Assembly (NCBI GenBank): GCA_004764695.1 | Contig: SMSO01000005.1 | Location: 1,674,001-1,738,000 of the forward strand | Length of the DNA stretch: 64,000 bases | Direction of reading: 5' to 3' | Origin: Schizochytrium sp. TIO01 | Lineage: Eukaryota; Protista; Bigyra: Labyrinthulomycetes | Shown: one piece after another, positions 35,839 to 48,200 of the stretch | Layout: each line of letters starts with the position of its first letter | Position numbering within the stretch: the first letter of the stretch is position 1 | Program-made: the position numbers and the translations under genes | The notes under the pieces: generated by a model | What the model was told of the DNA's origin: nothing | Seen by the model: only the letters and a program-made list of their open reading frames with translations | Databases searched by the model: none

Positions 35839-37770
35839 AGGCATCGATCGATCGTAGGATTATGAAAATCGTGAGAGAAACGATCGGATCTTAAGTCTGC
35901 TTTCGCGCCGTCAGATCTTAGCGGCGTAGAGGCTTTGGCTTTGCCTCGAGCCGCTTCGAATGGGCGGCTGGCTGCCCATCGCGTCCGTGAATCCGTGTCG
36001 CATTGGCTGATTCGATTCGGTTTGAGTCGATACGATGATGAAGACCAAATCCAAAACCCAATCGATTATCAATCACTCCGCGGCATTCATTCATTCATTC
36101 ATTCATTCATTCATTCATTCATTCATTCTTTGAGTTAGCATTTCCTTCGTTCTAAATACCCCAAAATTTGAAAGAAAGAAAGAAAGATCCGTCTTCCTCT
36201 CTTAATTGTATTGGTCTTCGAGTCATTTATCTGTTCTGAACTATTTTTAATTTGAAATGCAAACTTTGAAAACAAACACCTTTTTCCCTCCCTTTTCCTC
36301 GCCATTTCTTTCCCATTTCTTCTCCCATTCCTCTCTTCCCGATCCTTTACGAGTCACCTACCACCGACTATCCCCACACGAGGCCGCTGCTGATCTCCTA
36401 GCCATTTCCGCTATGTAAACGCCGCTAAGACTTGCTATGCTCCGGTAGGCCCTCCTTTCTTTCAAGTCCTCTCTTTCTTTCTTTCAAGTTCTTTCTTTCT
36501 TTCAAGTTTCAAGTTCTCTCTTTCTTCGAAGAGAGCTTTGAGCCTCTAAATCGGCGCCTGAGACTGATTTGGCTCTCTCCAAAGCGAGCGAATGCCGAGC
36601 CTTACGCCTCACGCCTCATGGCCGGGCCCGGCTTTTGAGAGGGAGGAAGGGAGGAAGCCGCAGAGGGGGTCCAAGGAAACTCAAGACTCAGGAACCGCAT
36701 CCACGATTGAACCAAGGAACGATCCGATCGTTTTAAGTGGTGCATGGAGTTTTTTAGTTTTTTTGTTTAGTCGTTGTTTGTTTCTAATCGTTTGTTTGTT
36801 TTCATGCTTTGTTTCTTTCTTTGCTCTTATTATAATTATACTTTACGTGTGAAACACTGACGGGGAATGCGAAATAACTCACTGTAGACGTGTTTGGTCT
36901 ACTGTGGCCGTCTCGATTGCAAGTGGAAACTTAACTCGACTTCGACGTCGACAGGAACTTCCTTCTCTCGCCAAGTTCGAGAGAAAGAAAGAAAGGATGA
37001 AAGAAAGAAAGAAAGAAAGAGAAGAGGAAGAGAAAAGAAAAACTCAGGTGCTCTTAGTGCCTACATAGGCGTTACTGGTAATCCATGGAGATGCTCGTAA
37101 CTTCCAGGAGTGAGAAGAGGTAGTTTCTTTCTTATAACATATCGTCATCATCGTGAACAGGTCCTATCTGCAGATACATAAAACAATACCCACAGTGGCT
37201 GCCCCCTCTTTTACGCACCGAGGCCCCCATCCTGTTCGCGCGACGGGTTCAATCTTAGACTCCTACCGTGCATCCGTATCCCGCCCCCTCCCCCTCTCCT
37301 GCAAACTCCTTTCTCTCTGCTATAGGGGTTATTCGGTAACTAATCAACTGCTTCATCTCAACAAACGTTACGTAACGACTGATCCACGGCGACTATGAAA
37401 CCGCCAATACCGACCTGCGCAACGCATTATTCGTTCATTCGCTCGCGAGCGATGTGATATGATATGAAGTGCCACTTACCAAATACTAAGTAGAAAGAAA
37501 CTCTAGCTACGCTTCCTTCCTGGTAAAAGCCTCGCTATTCCCCTAGTATAAACCATAGGAGGACGCGCTTTGGTATCCACGCAAGGCAGTTGATCCGTAG
37601 CGACAGCAGCCGTAAGAGGTAGCAGGTATTACTTATGTAAGTAACGCTGTTCTTGAGTTTTCTATAGAGCTGACACTAATCACTAGTTGGAGGATAGGCA
37701 CCCCTATGGATGCTCTTCTACCCCGTGTGGTAATGGGTCGTAGGCACTATTAATGCTCCCGTTCATTTAT

Positions 37771-37810
<40 letters not shown>

Positions 37811-38224
37811 TTATTATTTTAATCTATAAATAGACAGCTTTTTAAAAAGGAAAAAACATTATGAAGATAAAAACCCACGAATCAGGGACTAGGTAGATAC
37901 TCCTCTCTGGAGGCAGAGGTAAAATCTTTTGGCCCAAGTTCGCTCAGAAACCAATTGCAGTATCCATGTGTAGGTATCTACGTGTCTCAAGCGGCAATTG
38001 TGCGTCGTGGCCGCGCAATCTGATGAGGCCTCTGTCTGCAGAGGGGTTCGTGGTCGTATGTACTGTGAGTTGGACTGACTGACTGACTGTCATGGATGGC
38101 TACCTTAGGTTGTACTCACTTACTCGTTAGGCGCCTTTGACCACGGGAGGACCTGATTTGATTTCTGTGAATAGTGAATGACCTTTACGGACGAACTCCT
38201 GCGCAATAAGACGGTTCGAAACTT

Positions 38225-38329
38225 TCTGAATTTGAATTTGAACTTCGAATTTGAACTTCAAATTTGAACTTCGGATTTGAACTTCGAATTTGAACTTCGA
38301 ATTTGAACTTCGAATTTGAATTTTGAATT
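38225..38329. repeat. 13-bp minisatellite (GAATTTGAACTTC), about 6-7 copies, roughly 280 bp upstream of the large lipase gene
   Basis: Directly visible. Confidence 0.92.
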
Positions 38330-38606
38330 CCTATTTTTTATCCTTATTCTGGCTAACACGATAAAGGTAGGTAGGTGGGTCCTACGTGGTATCTACTACG
38401 TAACTAGGCCATGTCTCTAGAGGAAGTTTTCCTATCTAATGAGTAGTAGAGAGTGGATGTATCTATGTACGTATGTATGTATGTATCTATGTATCTATGT
38501 ATTTAATTTATTTCTGTCTGTTTGTTTGTTTGTTTGTTTGTTCGAACAGAACCGCGTCATCTCCGCCGCAGCCGCGACGACGGAGTCCACGATCTGAGCG
38601 GCAACC

Positions 38607-40630
38607 ATGGAGGTCGCGGTGGAGAAGGAGAAGGAAGAACAGGGAGATGACTCGGTTTGGGGAAACAAATCTGGAGACGAACAGGGGAACGCCGACGGGG
38701 CCGCTGATGAGGAGCAGAGCGCAGTGGATGACGATGAAAATGTTGATGAAGATGGTGACGACGACTTTGACGACGATTCCTTCGACAGCGATTCTATTGC
38801 GCGAAAAGCTGGCACGCGAAGCAGCGCAGCGCTGGTACTCCCCGTCAGCGCCAGCATGGTAGGTCTGAGGGGTCGGGCAGGAAGACAGGCACACCCACAC
38901 GCTCATGCACGAAAGCCCAAGGCTGGTGCTAGAGGCCGCAGAGGCCCTGGGGTACGCTCCGCCGCTGGATCCGCAGCCTCCTCGTCATCCTCAGGGGGGT
39001 CGTGGAGCCCAGGTCGAGGATATCCTGTAGGTCGAGGGTATCCTGGAAGCCTCGGCAGCCCCGAGACAGCGGCGGAGAGCCCCAGCTCAAGTCCTATGGA
39101 GGACGAGGCGACCAGAGCCGGTACGGAGATGTCAAGACAGGGCTCGGCAATTTTTTCGCTGGTGGATCCCGACGAAGATGCGGACGAAAGGACCCTGGCA
39201 ATGCAGCAAAACTCAAGGCATGCAGATCCCGGAATGGGTGATAACTATAGAAGGCATCAACGACAAATTGGTTCTGCGAGCGTACAACAGACAACTCAAT
39301 CTGGAGCGATTGCATCAACACCCTCAATGGCACATCGGGAAGGTAGTAGTGGCACTGGAGGTTTTATATCGTCACATGTACTACAAAAGAACAACTTTTC
39401 AAAAAGCATCCTGGGCGAACTGAGTTTAAGGGATGAAAACACGACGACAGAAAGGCCTTACGCGGAGACAGATGAAGATGCTGACAGCAGCTCGCATGAT
39501 ATGTCTTCTGAACTCGTGGGTTTCGAAGACGGCTTAGATGAAGCAGATCTTATGGATGCAGGACTTGCGGCGGCCCAAGACTCTGTCAAAACGGTAATTA
39601 CCCAAAGTTTTCGTGCTTGCGCATATGTAGCTGATTCCATTGCGAGACTTGCGCTCAGAGCACATGATTACAATGACACGGGCCGCGAGTATGAATATGA
39701 TTACTCCACCCACTCACAAGCATCTTCAATTGGAGTGCCATCACCTAAAGGGCAGGCCGCAGGACACAGTTCATCCGAGTTATCTAGGCGCCGCAGTCTC
39801 GACCGTTGGGCAGCTGGATCGAGACACGATTTTGGCTCAGAAACGCCCTCCGACATGCTATCGGGGTTATCGTATGGCACTCCATCGAGTAGATTTCAAC
39901 CAAGCCTGTCTCCAGGATCTCACGGTTTTGCCGTAGATCCTGAAGTTGCTAGACTGCTTGCAAAGTCGCAGTATGACCCACGCGAACTGAGGGGACTATC
40001 ATCAGCAGGTATTCATGACGCTGATGGGGGTGGTGGCGGAGTCGGTGCATCGGCCACAGCCAGCTCTCAAGTACAACGCCAACGTAGACTCGGCCACCAC
40101 GACTCAAGTAGTGGCCAAATTATCTCTGCGATCCAACGGGAGGAGTTGCGTCTTGCTTCGCGAGAGCAGCAGCAACGCAAACTTAAAGACCTAACAGGTG
40201 GGCTTGACACCAAAGACTTATCAAGTGAGGCTTTTGCATCGCTTTTTGCGGAGCTTGACCGTATGTCGAACGGTTCCGCAGGAACATTCAACGGCAGCAA
40301 TAGTGACGCGGGTGGTAATCACCAGTCCTTTAATAATGGGAGTGGATCTTACTTACCTTCTCATCCAGTTTCGATGCCTTCTGAACTTCAATTGTGCAGA
40401 AATATGAGTTTCCTTAGTCAAATGAGTGACTCTATTGACGGCGACTTGGCTCGCACACCTGAGTCTGCTGGGAGCCCCCACGCACAATTGTTCCACAGTT
40501 CCACTGCCGCGTTCAGTAGCCCTAGCCACACCCCTAATAATATCGCAAGACCTACATCACGTGGCACGCTACTCAGTATGTCCGGAGCACAACCACAGCA
40601 TGTATCTCAGCAACAACAACAACAACATCA

Positions 40631-40661
<31 letters not shown>

Positions 40662-43133
40662 CAACAACAACAACAACAACAACTTGATATCCCTGAGGGT
40701 AACGAAGACGAAGACGAGGCCACTGAGGCAGACTCTAACGAAGGTGAACGAGGCTCATTACAAGTTAATGATACACATGAAGCTTTTGGATCAGCTCATA
40801 GAGGCGGGAAGGCGATTCAGACCCCCCAAGAGAATAGTAAACCTGCTGTAGAAGTTGAACGCAACTCGGGAGTGATTCGTAATACTGTGCGTGCGCTTGG
40901 GAGCAGCCTTCAAAAACCAATACACATGGCAACCTCTCTCTTGTCGAGACATGGGGATCGACCTGACAATCTTGAAGGCCAAAGTGCAGGACAGCCACTT
41001 AGTCCTGAAATTCCAAATCTTAGCGTGAACAATCTAAATAGCGGAGGAAACTCAAATATGTGGCCTGTAGAAACAACAATGACACCTTCAGGTTCGACCC
41101 CCTCCTTTTTCATGACTCCACCCATCACTCCCTTTGACAGAACGCAACGCCCGCAAGTGCAAAAATTTAGCAACAATCTCCGAAAAATGTCTCTTAGTAG
41201 CTTTGGAAGTCTAAAAGGCGCAATCTCAAGTTGGCGCAACAGTCGCAAACTTATCTCAGCTGATCCTGTTCCTAATGCTGCAACCCGACAAACCGGCCTG
41301 TTCGAAGACATTGAGATGTTTCTCCTGGAACGTGTAGATCTTACATTCTACGCGGCACGAGGCTTTGTGCGTCGAATGAAACAAGAAGGGACCCGTGGTG
41401 CTCTTTTGCAACGACGAGGGTTAATGTCTTGGGGCGCTGATGATGAATATCAACACATATCGCAGGGAAACCTTAGTGGGATATCGAACTTCGAGCATAC
41501 AAGGCAAACCGAGGCATTGTCTGGGGAGAATTCAATTCGTAGATGTCGCCACCATAGCCGCTCCCCAGCTCCTACTCTTAAATCCCCTGCAGGTAAGCGT
41601 GGACGCACTTTTGTTGCATTTGATGAAAGTGAAGAAAAGCTAGCAACTGCTAAGATTGAGGCACTGCCGTTTCACCAACGAGCTGTAAAGACTGCCTTCG
41701 ATATTGCAACCTTGAAAACACCTCGAGAACTTGCTGCCAAGTCTACGCGACGTCTCACGCGGCTTGCACTTAAGCCTTTTAGCTTTCTTGAGTCTGCTAC
41801 TCGAAGTTTTGTGCACTTGGAAAATGTGGATGAGCTCAAGGGCGTAGGAGAAATTGTGCGTCGCCAAGGCTACCCGTATCAAGAAATTTTTGTTTGCACA
41901 GATGATGGTTACATTTTACGTTTAGAGCGATTGCCAAACCCTGGCTCACGAAAGGTTCTTTACATGCAGCATGGTGTCATGGACAGCAGCTTTGCTTGGG
42001 TAGCAAATGGCGCAGATAATGCGCTCGCCTACAGGGCACATGATGAGGGTTATGACGTTTTCCTAGGAAACTTTCGTGGTGCAGGTGGAGATGGCGCAAG
42101 GCGTCATGTGAAGCCAGACATTACAGATCGTGAATTTTGGGATTTTTCCATTAATGAGCATGCGTTTCAAGATATTCCGGCATTTGTAAAAACCATCCTT
42201 CGCACAAAGCAAATGGAAGCCGTAACTCTCAAGGGTGCTGCGGCAGTCGAGCGACCTCGGATCACAGCAGTTGCACACTCAATGGGCGGTGCGGCCATGC
42301 TCATGTACGTAATTCACAAGCGTTTACGGAATGAGCGTCATCACCTGGATGGGCTTGTTCTTGTGTCGCCAGCGGGTATTCATGTCGAATCCCCTCTCTA
42401 TGCTCGATTGGGTGGCCGTCTTGTCGACGTAACACTTGCTCGCTTGTTGCATTCGTTACGTCTTCCAACCGATGCCTTAACACGTGCAGCTGTCAAGTTT
42501 GTTCATGACATCAAATTGAGTGTCCCTGCTATGGAGGACATAATTTCCTTAGTCCTTGTCTACGCAATTGGTGGTGACCGCAAGCAACCTCGACGTGGTC
42601 CATTTTCCGCTGTACAGCAACTCACTTATAATGTGCTCACTTGCGGTACATCGACCAAAACTTTTGTCCACCTGCGACAACTCATTGCATCCAAAGAGTT
42701 CAGGGCTTTCGACTACGAAACTTCTGCATACCCCAACCACTACACATCTTACAAGGGTGGAAATATGGAGCACTATGGCACTGCCGAGCCACCTGAGTTT
42801 ACCTCTTTGTACCATCTCATCGACATCCCGGTGCACCTCATTGCGGGACGTGGAGACCGTTTGATTGGCCCAACGAATATTCTACGTCACCACGATGCCA
42901 TGAAAGAGCATGGTGTGGATGTGACCATTGAGAGTATTGATCACTGTGGTCATGTTGATTTTACATGTGGTCTTCACTCTCGTGCGCTCAAGGGTATCTT
43001 GCAAGCTATTGATTCAATGTCGATTCGCATCGAGGAGCACCGAAGGAAGCAGGCTAAAATGCCAGAGAAGGGCTCAAGCTCTGCATCTACCATTAAATCT
43101 GCTTCTGCTAAAAAATCCACAAAGTCTAAATAG
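38607..43133 (+). CDS. Large protein with a low-complexity N-terminus (about 1000 aa) and a C-terminal acid-lipase-type alpha/beta hydrolase, 1508 aa
   Basis: GYPYQEIFVCTDDGYILRLERLP (Abhydro_lipase-type start), YMQHGVMDSSFAW, GYDVFLGNFRG, FWDFSINEHAFQDIPAF, AHSMGG (nucleophile), GRGDRL (Asp) and GHVDF (His). PolyQ tract Q6-H-Q18 at 40608-40682. Confidence 0.92.
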
Positions 43134-43691
43134 TTACCCGCTCGATTCACAATGTAATACTACACTGCCCTTTTTGCAAGCTTTATCATGTTTTCACAAC
43201 CAACCACCGTAAAGATTTTATTCGACAAAGTCGTCCTGGTATACTACGGTTGTTATTCAGAAAACGCAAGGACCGCAGCAACCTCTATTCTTTTCGTTTT
43301 TTTGTCTATTCCTGAAATTCAAAGCACTTACCCCCAAAAGCTTCTGAAGGACTGCCTATCTAGTGGGGAAATGGGTTCATTCATCTATTGTAAATCATTT
43401 CTGTTCTGTTCTGTTTTTTGGTTTTTTTTTAATTCTTCATCATATGTCTTTACACCTGAGCCTCGTAACGTTTCTTCTACAGGAATAAAACCTTACAAGA
43501 AACCATTCTTTGACGTACTCGTTCTTCTTATTGTGCTTGTATACGTAAAGTTACCTTCCTTGCTCCTTCTGTTCTTTCGTTCGGAAGTTTGACTCTTTTT
43601 GCAGTACGTACTACTACAAAATGAAGGAAAAGAGTCTCAAGTCATGTCAGTGACATTTCTACCTAGAAATCATGGTTAAACTATTATATAT

Positions 43692-44075
43692 TTAGTACAG
43701 GGAAGGATTATTGTTATTTGATACTGACTTACGCATTGAACGATGTACGTCTACGCTAATGCGCGGAGGTAGGGCAACTGGCTTCTTTGGTGCCGTGCCA
43801 AACAGAAACTTTCTACGTTTTGCAAGGTCAGCTTTGGTCAGCTTCTGTTGCTCCCGAGCCTTACTTTGAACGGCATCTTTAGAAAGATTTGTTTTGAAAT
43901 CTTTCAACCCAAGCGCGCTGGCGCAGGATACTAGAAGTGCTTCAACACGCTCGTGGGCCTTTTTATCACTTAAAATTTTCATTTTCGTCCTCAAATTCTT
44001 CGCTATGAGGATCTTGCTGAGGGGAGTTCCGATTGTATTGACCGAGATTAATTTTAATCTGCTCCACCAGTCCAT
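43692..44075 (-). CDS. Probable C-terminal segment of the NACHT/coiled-coil locus, in the +1 frame relative to 43966-45213
   Basis: It overlaps the preceding ORF by 110 nt and reads protein-like from ...SDKKAHERVEALL onward. It is unlikely to be an independent gene. Confidence 0.5.
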   Translation of the reverse strand: MDWWSRLKLISVNTIGTPLSKILIAKNLRTKMKILSDKKAHERVEALLVSCASALGLKDFKTNLSKDAVQSKAREQQKLTKADLAKRRKFLFGTAPKKPVALPPRISVDVHRSMRKSVSNNNNPSLY

Positions 44076-45213
44076 CAGAAGTTAAGTGATTCTCACGTGC
44101 CACACGTAGGCGCTCCTCGGCAGTCTCGCAGCTCTTGCTTAGCTCCTCAATTTTGAGACCAATCGTAACCGACTTGGAGGCTTTTCGCTTACAAATGCAT
44201 TGTTTGTCCTTTTGTAATATTTCTAGCCTTTCTTTAAGGTGCTTAATACGTCGAAAGGCTTCGCGTCGACGCTGAGTCAAGTCCTGAAACTTCTGCTGAG
44301 AGTCGTTGAATTTAAGGCAGATTTCACTAACTTCGGAGCTCCCCGCAAGCTTACGAAGTTTTCTAAATGCGCGATGGCGTTTCATAGCAAGAGCATAAGT
44401 ATGCTGCTCTTCATCAAGATCCCCAGTAAATACTTCCTCAACAAGTTTTTGGCGGTAGGCTTCATTCCAACGGCGTTGTGTCATCTCGAATGTTAAAGGT
44501 TCTTGCTTGGTTGAATTGATGATGGCACGCCGGTTTGCTTCACGTTGTGCTTTCATGCGGCGATTGCGCCGTTCGTTTTCGCGCCACTGGAAAAGTTTAT
44601 TCAAAATTTCATTGTGTCTCTCGCGTCGTTGATCGAGTGCCTCCTCCATGATAGGCTTGTCTTCTTCCGTAGCACGCCGGATGAAGAGTTCAACCTCGTC
44701 CAGGTCTTTGCTGAGAGATAATCGATCTTCGCGCATATTTTCGAGAAGCGCCTCCATCTGCAAAACATGCTTCTCATCGTGAGCTGGATACTTTTCACAA
44801 ACCTTCACAATCCGTTTGAGACAGCCATGAACCACTTCCTCGCGAGCGACTCCATGATTTGTGCGTGTCAGCTGATCCGTCAACAACGCGATTGTCTGTT
44901 CTCCATCACGGATGCAAGCCTCTGTAAAACGATCAAGTTCAATTCGTTCGTATACCTGTTGCATAAGGCTTTCGAGTTCATCTTCCTTTCGATTAGCTTC
45001 AAAATGTAACTCATCCAGGCCCCGCCGAAAGTCAGAAATCATGCCGTTCAACTCAGCCACTCGAGCTTCTTGTTCTGTGGTCGGATATGACCGGAGATGT
45101 GCTGGAAGATGCGCAGTCATTTGAGCAAGAACACTAGAATCACGTTGATCAGGTTTACTCTTCGCTGCACGAAGTTGCCGACCCTCTTGCGCAGCTTTAA
45201 TCACCTTCTGGAT
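43966..45213 (-). CDS. Coiled-coil segment of the NACHT locus, resembling outer-dynein-arm docking complex (CCDC151/ODAD-type) coiled coils
   Basis: Long heptad-rich ORF whose track start is a GTG. It opens right after TTTGTAG (acceptor ending 45214). The stretch RAFRKLRKLAGSSEVSEICLKF resembles the F.KIK..TG.S...E...KF motif of ODA-DC proteins. Confidence 0.65.
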   Translation of the reverse strand: MQKVIKAAQEGRQLRAAKSKPDQRDSSVLAQMTAHLPAHLRSYPTTEQEARVAELNGMISDFRRGLDELHFEANRKEDELESLMQQVYERIELDRFTEACIRDGEQTIALLTDQLTRTNHGVAREEVVHGCLKRIVKVCEKYPAHDEKHVLQMEALLENMREDRLSLSKDLDEVELFIRRATEEDKPIMEEALDQRRERHNEILNKLFQWRENERRNRRMKAQREANRRAIINSTKQEPLTFEMTQRRWNEAYRQKLVEEVFTGDLDEEQHTYALAMKRHRAFRKLRKLAGSSEVSEICLKFNDSQQKFQDLTQRRREAFRRIKHLKERLEILQKDKQCICKRKASKSVTIGLKIEELSKSCETAEERLRVARENHLTSDGLVEQIKINLGQYNRNSPQQDPHSEEFEDENENFK

Positions 45214-48200
45214 CTACAAATCCTCCATTGAAAAATGACATCTGATCAGTACTAGGTCGTTCACGCTGCATCATTTCGAACGTAGGAAAACGTGTCCCAT
45301 GTCGAATTGTGCGTACGGATGGCGACGAGTATGGAACTTCGTTTGCAGGGAGGCGGTGGGCATCTCGATGGGAGGGCCCAACACCTTGACATAACAAACT
45401 TGGGTCCCCTTTAAATCTGCCCAATGCTTTTGGTGACAAAGGCCCTAAAGATGTAGTAGGTGAACCAAGGGATGGCAAGCTTGGAGCAGATTGAGTCAAA
45501 CTTGCAGGAAGGACAATTTTGGCAGTTGTTAGACGCTTTGGTGGAGGCGGACGGTCACTCTTGGGGTCCTTCTTCTTGCGAAGCCAAAATACGTCTGCAG
45601 CTACAGCTGGTGCTTCGATGTCTTGGGGCCCACCCGCGTTTGCCAATGCCTGGTAAGCTTGGTAGAGCGCCATCCATGGAAAATGGATCCAAACCCATCT
45701 TTGATAGGAATAAAAATTCTCTCCATATCGATTTCCTCGAAATCGGTTTCCCTCCGCAGCACGTTCTTCTTGAATTTGGGCTAAAAAACGAGCATGTTGG
45801 TCAATGCGAAGCAAGAAAAATTGACTTTGCTTGCGCTGTAATGATAACAATTTATGCTTTGCTTCTTCATCGTCAACTTTTGAGACAGCCTGGGTACGCT
45901 GTGCTAGATGCTGTTCGTTCATCATTTCTTCGCGTTTTGCCATAGCAACGCTCAACTTTACAGTGGTTGCCTCAACATCAAGAGTCCAACCGTGACGGTT
46001 AAAATGGTTGTTCCTAGCCTCTTCTTCTAATGTAGTGCCCCCTCCATGAGGAAGCTCAAGAGATATTCCTGCTAAGCGAGATTCACGTAGTGGTGGGTGT
46101 AAGTATTCAGGGGCAGAAACTTCATCTTGGCCGAACATGTACAAGAACTCGCATATTTCCATTGTTGCATTCGCCAGTGCGCGAACCTTCTCCAAGCTAA
46201 CATGAGATCGGCCTTGCTCAATCTCAACAGCACGTGTATAATGCTCAACAGGGTCGCACTTAAGCCAACAAGTTGTAGGTAGAGGAGTTTCTTCTCCCGG
46301 ACCCATTGGCGGCACACGATGTGCACCATTATTACTTAAGCCTGGAAAGCTCTGGCTGAGACCTGTCAGATTATCGTTTGCTTCAGCAAAAACTGTATCA
46401 CTAACGAGTTCTTCATTTCGTGCAGAAGTTGTTGATGAAGACAGTTGCAACCAATATTTATGCAGGTCACTCCGCATGACTCTTGTTCCATTCCACATAA
46501 TACGGAACGCCTGTAGATCAGCAATTGTTCCTAAAAGGCCCACCCAACGCCCGTTACTCGCCAACAACCAAGGATACTCTTCATAATATCGCTGAAGCAA
46601 GATATTCGAAGTCGATTTGCTCTGTGCAGAAAGAACTTGCAAGAGAACAAGGCGCCATCTAGCCGGTAGGTTCCCCATTTCCCAAACATAGGTATCTCGC
46701 CTGGAATAATCCTCTTCGCATGGACGCTTTTTCGACTTTCTTGCATCTGTTGTCTCTGTATTGAGCGATTTTTCCAAGGTCATTTCTTCTTCGATTTCAG
46801 CTTTCAGTTTACCATATAGGTGATACTCAAGATTGGCATGCATTCGTTCTACATGGCTCTCAGTTGGCGCGTAGTCTGCACTCGCGAGCACAACCCGCAT
46901 GACTGCTGTATGCGTTGATTTGTTCTCTGGCATAATTGCAAAGATATCACCGACTACTTTACATGCAAAACATGGTAGTACTTGTTGGAGCTGGGCTTTC
47001 ACGGATTCAGGGACGACAGGTGGTGCGCTTGATGGGGAATCTGGCATAGTTTCGTTCAATAACCAGTCCTCAAGTGAGTCGTCTGCCATTTTCAACACAG
47101 GATCTTGCAAAGGTTTGTTTGACTCCTCTTGCATTTCAATATCTTTACGGCAAGCTTCATCCAATACTGCATTAAGTTCATCCAAAGTTAGACCGTACCT
47201 TGCAGAGGCGATATAGCCAAGTGATTTGTATAACCAATCACCTAGCGGTTCCCATTTGGACCCACCAAGCAAATAGACAGGAAATGCCTGCATTTCTTTT
47301 AGAATTTTCTGAGACTCTTCAGACTCAATACTCTTTTTAGGTGCCTCGTACTCTTCAAACTCTTCGTCACTGTATTCGTCATCGTCTTGACTATTTGACT
47401 CTTTGGACTCTTGGTTTTCAAGTATACCTTCACCGGTCGTCAATATGCTACAAAGCTCTTGGTATTGAGCTAATTCTCGAGGTGATGGCAAAGGCCGCTT
47501 GACTCCTGATGAAGGCCGAGAGCGCTCTGAGATGAGCGAGCTACTTTGGGCAGCTTCCCATGCTGCGGTAACGCTGATTCTCGTTGGGTAGTTTCCACGG
47601 GCAAAGAAATGCATCAAAGTCTCTATGACTGCGCTTGCATCTGTATGCGTTCCCGAGTGTGTTGTTTCTCCAAGTTTTCTGATTAATTCATTAACGTCAT
47701 AATTGAGTTGTGCTGCAAAATGGATGCCTCGTAAACAAAGAAATAAAGAGCTTACGGTCTTCCACCGCGCAGCAAAACCAGCAAGCTGATCGGTGTGAAT
47801 TTGTAAAAGTGCAAGTGCGCGTTGCGGAGTACTCGCTATATCATCGTGTACAATTCCATTTGGATTCTCTTCGGATGAAGATTGCCCTGATGCAAGGCGT
47901 GGCGACGGAGCATTTTTCTCCAGAGCAAGTTGTGCCGTCCATTTGATAAATGCTACAATGATCTCCTTCGCGCGTTGTTCTGTGATATGGTTAGTGAAGT
48001 GCATAAATTCAATAGAGCGATTTCGAGCATCGGACGCAAGAGACGCTTCTGCTGACTCATCTCCACTTTCATTAAGGTCGTTGAAGTTGTTTTCGTCACT
48101 AAAGCTCGCCAGATCACCCCCTGATCCCTGTGCTGGAGACTCGAGATCTTCTTCGCCAGAATTTGGAGCTTTATTCTTTTCCTCTTTAATTTCACGTTTA

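Noticed and set aside
38225-38329. 13-bp array as a heat-shock element or CRISPR-like array
   Set aside because: The GAA/TTC spacing does not fit nGAAnnTTCn, there are no unique spacers, and no cas genes are present.
43972-43978. In-frame A_AAT_TTT slippery heptamer as a -1 frameshift site
   Set aside because: A -1 shift meets TAA immediately. The downstream ORF is in the +1 frame.
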